Part shown: piece by piece, positions 18,945-29,468 of the stretch
How the letters are laid out: each line of letters opens with the position of its first letter
Numbering within the stretch: the first letter of the stretch is position 1
NCBI GenBank assembly: GCA_963838835.1
Contig: CAWITA010000034.1
Location: 3,980-67,979, forward strand
DNA: 64,000 nucleotides
Source of the DNA: an uncultured Acidimicrobiaceae bacterium
GTDB lineage: Bacteria > Actinomycetota > Acidimicrobiia > Acidimicrobiales > RAAP-2
Reading direction: 5' to 3'
Notes under the pieces: model-generated
What the model was told of the DNA's origin: nothing
Database searches by the model: none
The model's input: only the letters and a program-made list of their open reading frames with translations
Position numbers and translations under genes: made by a program

Positions 18945-21900
18945 GGCGCCGGCGAGCTGACGTTGATCGTTTGACCGGGCCGCCCCAGAACGAGGACAGG
19001 CGCCGCTCGGAGGCAGGCGACACCCTGGTCGAGATCCTGATCGCCCTCGCGGTGATCGGCATCGCGGCGACGGCTCTCCTCCTCGCCTTTGCCACGTCCA
19101 TCTCGGGCTCGGGAGAGCACCGCAACCTGGCGACCTTCGACACCATGCTGAGGACGGCGTCCGCGGAGGCCTCCTCACTCATTCAGCAGCAGTCACTCGC
19201 GGACTTCACCAGCTGTTCGGGGGCGTACCTGGTGAACCAGCAGGGCATCCCTCTCCCGAACGCCGCAGCCCCCGCGGCCAACCCCTACTCCGCCAGCATC
19301 ACCGGTGTGCAGTACTGGAATTCCGCCGCCAACCCGCCCGCTTTCACCACATTGCCCTGGACTCCCACCACCACGTGCCCGCCCGGAGTGACCGGAGGAG
19401 GTCCCCAGCTACTCACGGTGACGGTCTCGTTCCACGGCGGCAGCGGTAACACGAGCTCCTCCCTGACGACCGCGGTCGACAACCCCATTCCTCCGCCGCC
19501 CGCATCGAGTTGCGTCGGCGGCGCCACCCAATTGGTTTGGGTGTCGCAACCCGGCAACGGAAGTGCCGGATCGGCGCTCTACCCAGCACCGACATTGGTG
19601 CTCGAAAACTCGACCGGCTGCATCGAGCAGACCGATGCCTCCAGCGTCACCCTCAGCGTCGCGTCGGGTCCGGGCACGCTGACGAACTGCGTGCCCAATC
19701 TGCTCTACGGCGAGACTACGTTCCAGGATTGCACGCTCGGCACCCCCGGGACCTACACGCTGGGCGCAACCGATGCCACCGATGGCATCACGAAGCCCGT
19801 ATTGAGCAACTCCTTCGTCATTTCCCAGGGTGCTCCCGCCAAACTGGTCTTCTCCACGCAACCCGGAAACGGGACCGGTGGGTCTCCGCTCAGTACGCAG
19901 CCCGTCGTGTCCATCGAGGACGCGAACGGCAACCTCGTTCCGGGCGACAGCAGCATGGTCACGCTGGCGATCGGGACGAACCCGGGTGGCGGGACTCTCT
20001 CTGGATGCACCGGTACTTCGAACGGGAATGGCATCGTCTCCTTCGCCGGGTGCAAGATCGACAAAATTGGGACCGGGTACACCCTGACCGCGACCGACGC
20101 CGCGGACAACCTGACGACAGCGTCGGCCCCGAGTAATCCGTTCAACATCACGCCCGGCCCGGCGTACCAGCTCGCATTCACGACGTCGCCAGGGACAAGC
20201 GTGGCTCAGGACCCGTTCGGGACCCAGCCCGCCGTCACCCTGCTGGATGCGGGGGGCAACGTCGCCACTGGAAGCACCGATGCCGTCAAACTGGCAATCG
20301 GCAACAACCCAGGCGCGGGCACTCTCTCCGGTTGCTCAGAGACGACGAGCGCCGGAGTGGCCAACTTCAGCGGTTGCTCCATCAATAATCCTGGAACCGG
20401 CTACACGCTCGTAGCGACCGACACGACCAACCCTGCGGTGCTGTCCTCAACGAGCGGCGCGTTCAATGTCGTGGCACAGGCGCTGACCTCGTTCCAGGTC
20501 TCTAACCCGGGAACCCAGACGGCCGGGCACCAGTTCAGCGTGACGATCACGGCCGAAGACCAGGCTGGGTTCAAGTTCACCGGCTACACGGGCGCCCAGA
20601 CGCTCACATTCACCGGCCCGTTGAGCTCACCCAATCCTGTGACCGCCCCCGTCTACCCCTCTGGTGGCACGGTCACCTTCTCGGGTGGCACGGGTACGGC
20701 ATTGGTCACCCTCTACAACGCCTCGAACACGACCAACCTGACGGTCGCCCAGGGTGGAGCGACCGGCAGCACGGGCAACTTCATCGTGCACCCGGCCGGC
20801 GCCTCGAGCTTCACCGTGACCGGTTACCCCAGCCCGACCACGGCCGGGGCGTCCCACAACGTGACGGTCACCGCCTATGACACCTATGGCAACGTGGCCA
20901 CCGCCTACGCCGGCACCGTCCACTTCACGAGCAGCGACGCCCAGGCCACGCTGCCGGCCAACGCCACCCTCACCAACGGGACCGGCACCTTCTCGGCCAC
21001 GCTCAAGACGGCGGGGACCCAGTCGATCACGGCCACCGACACGGTGACGAGCTCCATCACCGGCAGTCAAAGCGGCATCACGGTGCACCCGGCCGGTGCC
21101 TCGAGCTTCACCGTCGCCGGCTTCACCAGCCCGACCACGGCCGGCGCGTCCCACAACGTGACGGTCACCGCCTATGACACCTATGGCAACGTGGCCACCG
21201 CCTACGCCGGCACCGTCCACTTCACCAGCAGCGACGCCCAGGCCACGCTGCCGGCCAACGCCACTCTCACCAACGGGACCGGGACCTTCTCGGCCACGCT
21301 CAAGACGGCGGGGACCCAGTCGATCACCGCCACCGACACGGTGACGAGCACGATCAACGGTTCGCAGTCCGGCATCACGGTGAACCCGGCCGGCGCGAGC
21401 AAGCTGGGCTTCGTCCAGCAGCCCACCACGACGCAGGCCGGAGGTGTCATCACCCCGTCGGTGACCGTCCAGGTCCAAGACACCTATGGCAACGCGGTGG
21501 CCGACTCGGGGGCGACGGTGACCATGAGCGTCAACACCGGACCCGGGTCCTTCACCGGTGGTTCGACGACGAGTGCCACGACGAGCGCAGCCGGGCTGGC
21601 CACGTTCAACAACCTGGTCCTCGACACCTCGGGCAGCTACACGCTCCAGGCGGCCTCGAGCCCCCTCACCTCGGTCACCTCGAACTCCGTGACGGTGAAC
21701 CCGGCCCCGGCGACCCACTTCACCGTGACCGGTTACCCCAGCCCGACCACGGCCGGCGCGTCCCACAACGTCACGGTCACCGCCTATGACACCTATGGCA
21801 ACGTGGCCACCGCCTACGCCGGCACCGTCCACTTCACCAGCAGCGACGCCCAGGCCACGCTGCCGGCCAACGCCACCCTCACCAACGGGACCGGCACCTT

Positions 21901-24900
21901 CTCGGCCACGCTCAAGACGGCGGGGACCCAGTCGATCACGCGCCACCGACACGGTGACGAGCACGATCAACGGTTCGCAGTCGCGGCATCACGGTGAACC
22001 CGGCCGGCGCGAGCAAGCTGGGCTTCGTCCAGCAGCCCACCACGACGCAGGCCGGAGGTGTCATCACCCCGTCGGTGACCGTCCAGGTCCAAGACACCTA
22101 CGGCAACGCGGTGGCCGACTCGGGGGCGACGGTGACCATGAGCGTCAACACCGGACCCGGGTCCTTCACCGGTGGTTCGACGACGAGTGCCACGACGAGC
22201 GCAGCCGGGCTGGCCACGTTCAACAACCTGGTCCTCGACACCTCGGGCAGCTACACGCTCCAGGCGGCCTCGAGCCCCCTGTTCGGCACGTCGGGCAGCT
22301 TCACCGTGAACCCGGCCCCGGCGACCCACTTCACCGTGACCGGTTACCCCAGCCCGACCACGGCCGGGGCGTCCCACAACGTCACGGTCACCGCCTATGA
22401 CACCTATGGCAACGTGGCCACCGCCTACAGCCGGCACCGTCCACTTCACGAGCAGCGACGCCCAGGCCACGCTGCCGGCCAACGCCACCCTCACCAACGG
22501 GACCGGCACCTTCTCGGCCACGCTCAAGACGGCGGGGACCCAGTCGATCACCGCCACCGACACGGTGACGAGCACGATCAACGGCATCGCAGCGGGCATC
22601 ACGGTGAACCCGGCCGGCGCCTCGAGCTTCACCGTCGCCGGTTACCCCAGCCCGACCACGGCCGGAGGGGCCCACAACTTCACGGTCACCGCCTATGACG
22701 CCTACGGCAACGTGGCCACCGGCTACGCCGGCACCGTCCACTTCACCAGCAGCGACGCCCAGGCCACGCTGCCGGCCAACGCCACCCTCACCAACGGGAC
22801 CGGCACCTTCTCGGCCACGCTCAAGACGGTCGGGACCCAGTCGATCACGGCCACCGACACGGTGACGAGCACCATCACCGGCGCCCAGTCCATCTCGGTC
22901 CTCTCGTCGACGGCGACCCACTTGACCGTCAGCGGCTTCACCAGCCCGACCACGGCCGGCGCGCCCCACAACGTCACCGTGACCGCCTACGACGCCTACG
23001 GCAACGTGGCCACCGGCTACACGGGCACCGTCCACTTCACGAGCAGCGACGCCCAGGCCACCTTGCCCGCCAACTACACCTTCACCAGCGGCGTCAGCGC
23101 GGACAACGGGGTCCACACCTTCACCAACGGGGCCACGCTCGCGACGGCGGGGACCCAGTCGATCACCGCCACCGACACGGTGACCAGCTCCATCACCGGC
23201 GTCCAAAGCGGCATCACCGTGCACCCGGCCGGCGCCTCGAGCTTCACCGTGACCGGTTACCCCAGCCCGACCACGGCCGGGGCGTCCCACAACGTGACGG
23301 TCACCGCCTATGACACCTACGGCAACGTGGCCACCGCCTACAGCCGGCACCGTCCACTTCACGAGCAGCGACGCCCAGGCCACGCTGCCGGCCAACGCCA
23401 CCCTCACCAACGGGACCGGCACCTTCTCGGCCACGCTCAAGACGGCGGGGACCCAGTCGATCACCGCCACCGACACGGTGACGAGCTCCATCACCGGTGT
23501 CGCAGTCCGGCATCACGGTGAACCCGGCCGGCGCCTCGAGCTTCAACGTCACCGGCTTCACCAGCCCGACCACGGCCGGCGGGGCCCACAACTTCACGGT
23601 CACCGCCGACGACGCCTACGGCAACGTGGCCACCGGCTACGCCGGCACCGTCCACTTCACGAGCAGCGACGCCCAGGCCACGCTGCCGGCCAACGCCACC
23701 CTCACCAACGGGACCGGCACCTTCTCGGCCACGCTCGAGACGGCGGGGACCCAGTCGATCACGGCCACCGACACGGTGACGAGCTCCATCACCGGCAGTC
23801 AAACCGGCATCACGGTGAACCCGTCGACGGCGACCCACTTGACCGTCGGCGGCTTACCCCAACCCGACCACGGCCGGGGCGTCCCACAACGTGACGGTGA
23901 CCGCCGACGACGCCTACGGCAACGTGGCCACCGGCTACGCCGGCACCGTCCACTTCACGAGCAGCGACGCCCAGGCCACGCTGCCGGCCAACGCCACCCT
24001 CACCAATGGGACCGGCACCTTCTCGGCCACGCTCAAGACGGCGGGGACCCAGTCGATCACGGCCACCGACACGGTGACGAGCTCCATCACCGGCAGTCAA
24101 AGCGGCATCACGGTGCACCCGGCCGGCGCCTCGAGCTTCACCGTCGCCGGCTTCACCAGCCCGACCACGGCCGGCGCGTCCCACAACGTGACGGTCACCG
24201 CCTATGACACCTATGGCAACGTGGCCACCGCCTACGCCGGCACCGTCCACTTCACGAGCAGCGACGCCCAGGCCACGCTGCCGGCCAACGCCACTCTCAC
24301 CAACGGGACCGGCACCTTCTCGGCCACGCTCAAGACGGCGGGGACCCAGTCGATCACCGCCACCGACACGGTGACGAGCACGATCAACGGTTCGCAGTCC
24401 GGCATCACGGTGAACCCGGCCGGCGCGAGCAAGCTGGGCTTCGTCCAGCAGCCCACCACGACGCAGGCCGGAGGTGTCATCACCCCGTCGGTGACCGTCC
24501 AGGTCCAAGACACCTATGGCAACGCGGTGGCCGACTCGGGGGCGACGGTGACCATGAGCGTCAACACCGGACCCGGGTCCTTCACCGGTGGTTCGACGAC
24601 GAGTGCCACGACGAGCGCAGCCGGGCTGGCCACGTTCAACAACCTGGTCCTCGACACCTCGGGCAGCTACACGCTCCAGGCGGCCTCGAGCCCCCTCACC
24701 TCGGTCACCTCGAACTCCGTGACGGTGAACCCGGCCCCGGCGACCCACTTCACCGTGACCGGTTACCCCAGCCCGACCACGGCCGGGGCGTCCCACAACG
24801 TCACGGTCACCGCCTATGACACCTATGGCAACGTGGCCACCGCCTACGCCGGCACCGTCCACTTCACCAGCAGCGACGCCCAGGCCACGCTGCCGGCCAA

Positions 24901-26644
24901 CGCCACCCTCACCAACGGGACCGGCACCTTCTCGGCCACGCTCAAGACGGCGGGGACCCAGTCGATCACCGCCACCGACACGGTGACGAGCACGATCAAC
25001 GGTTCGCAGTCCGGCATCACCGTGAACCCGGCCGGCGCCTCGAGCTTCACCGTCGCCGGTTACCCCAGCCCGACCACGGCCGGAGGGGCCCACAACGTCA
25101 CGGTCACCGCCTATGACGCCTACGGCAACGTGGCCACCGGCTACGCCGGCACCGTCCACTTCACGAGCAGCGACGCCCAGGCCACGCTGCCGGCCAACGC
25201 CACCCTCACCAACGGGACCGGCACCTTCTCGGCCACGCTCAAGACGGCCGGGACCCAGTCGATCACGGCCACCGACACGGTGACGAGCACCATCACCGGC
25301 GCCCAGTCCATCTCGGTCCTCTCGTCGACGGCGACCCACTTGACCGTCAGCGGCTTCACCAGCCCGACCACGGCCGGCGCGCCCCATACCGTCACCGTGA
25401 CCGCCTACGACGCCTACGGCAACGTGGCCACCGGCTACACGGGCACCGTCCACTTCACGAGCAGCGACGCCCAGGCCACCTTGCCCGCCAACTACACCTT
25501 CACCAGCGGCGTCAGCGCGGACAACGGGGTCCACACCTTCACCAACGGGGCCACGCTCGCGACGGCGGGGACCCAGTCGATCACCGCCACCGACACGGTG
25601 ACCAGCTCCATCACCGGCGTCCAAAGCGGCATCACGGTGCACCCGGCCGGCGCCTCGAGCTTCACCGTGACCGGTTACCCCAGCCCGACCACGGCCGGGG
25701 CGTCCCACAACGTGACGGTCACCGCCTATGACACCTACGGCAACGTGGCCACCGCCTACGCCGGCACCGTCCACTTCACGAGCAGCGACGCCCAGGCCAC
25801 GCTGCCGGCCAACGCCACCCTCACCAACGGGACCGGCACCTTCTCGGCCACGCTCAAGACGGCGGGGACCCAGTCGATCACCGCCACCGACACGGTGACG
25901 AGCTCCATCACCGGTTCGCAGTCCGGCATCACGGTGAACCCGGCCGGTGCCTCGAGCTTCAACGTCGCCGGTTTCACCAGCCCGACCACGGCCGGAGGGG
26001 CCCACAACTTCACGGTCACCGCCGACGACGCCTACGGCAACGTGGCCACCGGCTACGCCGGCACCGTCCACTTCACGAGCAGCGACGCCCAGGCCACGCT
26101 GCCGGCCAACGCCACCCTCACCAACGGGACCGGCACCTTCTCGGCCACGCTCGCGACGGCGGGGACCCAGTCGATCACGGCCACCGACACGGTGACGAGC
26201 TCCATCACCGGCAGTCAAACCGGCATCACGGTGAACCCGGGGGCAGTCGCGGGCATCGGCTTGACCAATATCACCAACCAGCCGATCCCGGCCCTGACCT
26301 GCACCGGTGCCGTCGGCAGCATCACCTGCACGTCGACGGGTGAAGGCAACCTCAACGGCAGCGGCAACGCCTCGGCTCGGACGGCGACGGCCAACATCGA
26401 GTTGCAGGACGAGTACGGCAACGCAGTCACCAACACTGGGGCCAGCATCTCCATCGCCCTGTCGGTCGGTACAACGGCCGGCACGGTCAATGGGGGAACG
26501 ACGGCAACGTTGACGATACCGAATGGTTCGTCGAAGTCGTCGACCCAGTTCACCTTGGTTCGTACCAGCGGCTCGAATAAGACCGCCACCATGACCGCCT
26601 CGGTAAGCGGGACCACCGAGCTCACCGTCACACTGTCGAGTTGA
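18941..26644 (+). CDS. Giant prepilin-type protein B2 (about 2565 aa) with about 23 Ig-like modules; six single-base frame breaks between 21939 and 23862
   Basis: ATG 18941 overlaps the A2 stop (ATGA). The 26-aa leader ends ...DRRRSEAG|DTLVEILIALAVIGIAATALLLAF. The first ~500 residues are collinear with B1. One B1-type module follows, then about 18 modules of about 100 aa (GASHNVTVTAYDTYGNVATAYAGTVHFTSSDAQATLPANATLTNGTGTFSATLKTAGTQSITATD type, with three interspersed KLGFVQQPTTTQAGG type). Track ORFs 18737, 21994, 22397, 23310, 23497 and 23891 join when single extra bases are removed (see findings). Confidence 0.8.
20789..26220 (+). repeat. Array of about 300-bp Ig-like module repeats in B2, with kb-scale near-identical blocks at offsets of 3030 and 2418 bp
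   Basis: Antisense track ORFs recur identically at 21202/24232 (offset 3030) and nearly identically at 22723/25141 (offset 2418). The segment around 21082 matches the one around 24112 with isolated mismatches. Confidence 0.9.
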
Positions 26645-28467
26645 TGATGCGGAGTCCGATGCCTTACACAGACATGCAATCCGCCAAGGCGAGGGTGCCG
26701 AGGCCGAGGCGGCCCGGTAAGAGCCTGCCTCCGTCGGGTCGGGACACGGTGGCCGTCCGTTGGCAGGAGCAAGGCCGCGACGAGGCGGGAGCCGTCCTCG
26801 TCCTGGCCCTCCTCTTCCTCGTGGTGATCGGACTGATCGTGGGCGGGTTGGCGTCGTGGACAGCGAACAGCCTTACCGACACCCTCACATTCCAACAGTC
26901 CCGTTCCGCCCAGTACGCCCTCACCAGTGCGTCCCAGGTGGCAATCCAGAACATGCGGTACACCCCGCTCCTGTTCACGGCAGGTCCGCCTCAGTCGTTC
27001 CAGACGCTTAACGCCAACCCGCCGTCGTATTGCTGGGGATCGAGCGGGGATCCCACCTATGGCGGGTCCACGTTTGCCACCCAGGGCAACCCGAACGTGA
27101 ACGTGTACTGCAGCACGGTGTGGAATCCGACCAGCTCCGCGACGCGGGTCGTGACGATTTCTGCCTGCCTCGAGAGCGCTCTACCGCAGAATCCCTCCAC
27201 TGCCCCGGGGGTGTGTGCCGCCAATCCAGGTCTCCAGACGATCGTGACCTTCGATGACTACTCCGCGAACACCCCGGTGGTCAGCGCCGCGATTTGCAGC
27301 GCGACCTGCGGAAACGGAATGACGATCGACAGTTCGACGTTCCACCTGGTGGCGCCGACGGTCACCGCGCTTTCGACCGTCCAAGGGCCCGTCACCGGAG
27401 GGACCGCATTGACCGTGACCGGATCTGGCTTCGTGAGCGGCTCGACCACGGTGAACTTCGTCTCGACGAATGCCTCCCAGAACCTGATTGTTCCTGCGGG
27501 GACCGTTGTCGCGGACGGCGTGACGGTCAGCGGCTCGCCGAACATCGCAAGTGCGACGGCGAACTTCACACAGTCCGACATCGGCCAACCGATCTCCGGC
27601 GCTGGGATCCCGGCTGGCACGAACATCCTCTCCGTGACGAGCGCAACGGCAGCGGTCATGTCGAACAACGCGACTGCGAGCGCGAGCGGCGTCACGCTCA
27701 CGCTCCCGGTCACCGTGAACTCCGCCACGTCGCTCTCGCTGACGACACCCGCGGTGACCACAGCCACCAGTTACTACGTCATCGTGACCACTCCCAACGG
27801 CTCGAACACGGGCGGCCCTTCGTTCGCCTATCAGCCGGTTGTGCCAACGGTCAGCGGCGTCACTATCCCGAGCGGACTCACACCACCGTCGGGTTCGGCC
27901 GCAGGCGGCACGTCGATCACCGTCACCGGAACGGGTTTCCTCAGCAACCTCCACGGCAACTCATCGACCGTCAACTTCGTGGACGTCGCGAACCCAGCCG
28001 TCACCTTTCAAGCGCCCAGTCAGTCGGTGTCGGTGAACGCAAGCGGCACCGTGCTCACGGCAGTCACGCCCGGCATCACGTCGACGGACACGAACTTCTA
28101 CGTCACTGTCACGACGGCACCGGGCGGGACGAGCGCCCAACAGGCATCCGTCGTGTTCACATTCCAGCCGCTCTACCCCGTTGTCTCCGGCATCACTCCG
28201 ACGTCCGGTTCCCTCAACAGCACCACCGCGGTGACCATCACGGGCATCGGGTTCGTGAGCGGTGCAACCACGGTCCAACTCATTCCCCAGTCGGGTTTCG
28301 GCACGACGGTCAACATCCCTGCCACGAATGTCTCCGTTTCGTCCTCGACGACCCTCACCACGACCATTCCGGCGATCGGCGGCACGGCTCAGCAGTACTA
28401 CGTTCAGGTGACGACGACGACGGGCGGCGCAAGCGGCACCAGCGGAGCTCCCGTCTTCACCAATTAG
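26644..28467 (+). CDS. PilX/GspK-like minor-pilin-type protein C2 with three IPT/TIG domains (about 607 aa)
   Basis: ATG 26644 overlaps the B2 stop by 1 nt (TGATG); a later in-frame start is possible. The N-terminus ...GRDEAG|AVLVLALLFLVVIGLIVGGLASWTANSL is nearly identical to C1. TIG-like units are QGPVTGGTALTVTGSGF, SGSAAGGTSITVTGTGF and SGSLNSTTAVTITGIGF. Confidence 0.8.
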   Translation: MMRSPMPYTDMQSAKARVPRPRRPGKSLPPSGRDTVAVRWQEQGRDEAGAVLVLALLFLVVIGLIVGGLASWTANSLTDTLTFQQSRSAQYALTSASQVAIQNMRYTPLLFTAGPPQSFQTLNANPPSYCWGSSGDPTYGGSTFATQGNPNVNVYCSTVWNPTSSATRVVTISACLESALPQNPSTAPGVCAANPGLQTIVTFDDYSANTPVVSAAICSATCGNGMTIDSSTFHLVAPTVTALSTVQGPVTGGTALTVTGSGFVSGSTTVNFVSTNASQNLIVPAGTVVADGVTVSGSPNIASATANFTQSDIGQPISGAGIPAGTNILSVTSATAAVMSNNATASASGVTLTLPVTVNSATSLSLTTPAVTTATSYYVIVTTPNGSNTGGPSFAYQPVVPTVSGVTIPSGLTPPSGSAAGGTSITVTGTGFLSNLHGNSSTVNFVDVANPAVTFQAPSQSVSVNASGTVLTAVTPGITSTDTNFYVTVTTAPGGTSAQQASVVFTFQPLYPVVSGITPTSGSLNSTTAVTITGIGFVSGATTVQLIPQSGFGTTVNIPATNVSVSSSTTLTTTIPAIGGTAQQYYVQVTTTTGGASGTSGAPVFTN

Positions 28468-28765
28468 CCCGTCTTCACCAATTGGTCGATCAATCTCAAC
28501 GAGCGTCGAACAATCTCATCTCGAAGATGTGACCGCGGCTGCTGCCGCAACTGCCTGAGGCCGACGCAGCTCGCCACCACATCGAACGGGATGTCGCGGC
28601 GCTCGCCGGCATGTACGCACCCCTCGGGTGAGCGGCCCTGTCGGCCTGCCATGCTCCCCTCGAACGGCGTCGCTTCGGGCCCACCGCCGCGACGGCCCAG
28701 GTCGCCGAGCCGGGGGGCTCGAGGGAGAAGGTGCCACCAGGTTCGCCAACGTACCGATCATCGCG

Positions 28766-28887
28766 GCGCTTGGCCGTCGCCAAGAGCAGCAGCCCATGCT
28801 GCTGCTCGGCCAAGCGCCTTACGTGGTGTCCTTGGAACGCGTGGCCGTCGCCAAGAGCAGCAGCCCACGCTGCTGCTCGGCCAAGCG
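28766..28887. repeat. Two tandem copies of an approximately 50-nt bipartite hairpin element (possible bidirectional terminator or REP-like element)
   Basis: Copy 1 (28766-28817) has an outer stem GCGCTTGGCC/GGCCAAGCGC, a bulge GTCGCCAA, an inner stem GAGCAGCAGC/GCTGCTGCTC and a loop CCAT. Copy 2 (about 28838-28887) has the same inner stem, loop CCAC and an imperfect outer stem. It lies between C2 (+) and the minus-strand gene ending at 28930. No U-tract. Confidence 0.5.
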
Positions 28888-28929
28888 CCGTCGAACTGTT
28901 CGGTGGTCGGGTTGCCCTGGCGACCGTCC

Positions 28930-29262
28930 TTACCTGAGGTCCAAGAGGAGGTCGCGCAACGGCATGCCGTCGCAGATGGAAACGATCTTGTCGAAGTCCT
29001 CTGGCGTCAGCGACTGCTGCACCTCAGGCCAACTCCGGGCGCCGTCGCGCATGTAGGTCATGAAGATGTCCCAGATCGCCAGGCGCTTGCGCATCCGCTC
29101 GACTTCGAACTCGAGCGACGCGTAGTCGATGGCATCGGGGCCGTCGTCGGGCACCTCGGAGACTTCGAGAGCAGGGGTGCCGAAGAGGTCGTGGCGCAGC
29201 CGCTCGAGCGCCGCGTCAATCGAGCGGGCGTCCGAGAGTGGGGTGTCCATCCCCATCACCAT
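28930..29262 (-). CDS. Hypothetical protein (about 105-110 aa)
   Basis: The composition looks like real protein (acidic, balanced, not Arg/Pro/Gly-rich): ...DARSIDAALERLRHDLFG...EFEVERMRKRLAIWDIFMTYMRDGARSWPEV.... No family recognised. The start may be the internal ATG (MDTPL). Confidence 0.5.
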   Translation of the reverse strand: MVMGMDTPLSDARSIDAALERLRHDLFGTPALEVSEVPDDGPDAIDYASLEFEVERMRKRLAIWDIFMTYMRDGARSWPEVQQSLTPEDFDKIVSICDGMPLRDLLLDLR

Positions 29263-29468
29263 GCGCTTCCTCCTCCATGGTCATCCGTCCCCGCGGGTGA
29301 TCATCTGTGCGAGCACCACCCGTTTCAAAAGCATGCTGACAAATCCCCACCGGGCGCTATAGATCCGTTTGTCACTAATCGGCCTGGACGGCCCGCTTTG
29401 TTGTCGACACATTGAGTTCGTTGTGAGTTCGTTGTGAATTGCACACCGCACGGACTGCAAACGGGTGC

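Noticed and set aside
9727-26220. Highly regular repeats that might be taken for a CRISPR array or a satellite.
   Set aside because: The units are about 300, 313 and 939 bp, contiguous with no unique spacers, and maintain one long protein frame encoding Ig-like modules. The WD40 array (61415-63120, 123-bp units) is coding in the same way. There is no CRISPR-like repeat-spacer structure anywhere in the window.
29414-29435. 11-bp tandem duplication GAGTTCGTTGT x2 between the TPP-enzyme gene and the small minus-strand ORF.
   Set aside because: It is very short, with no associated structure or coding consequence, and is most simply a slippage scar.
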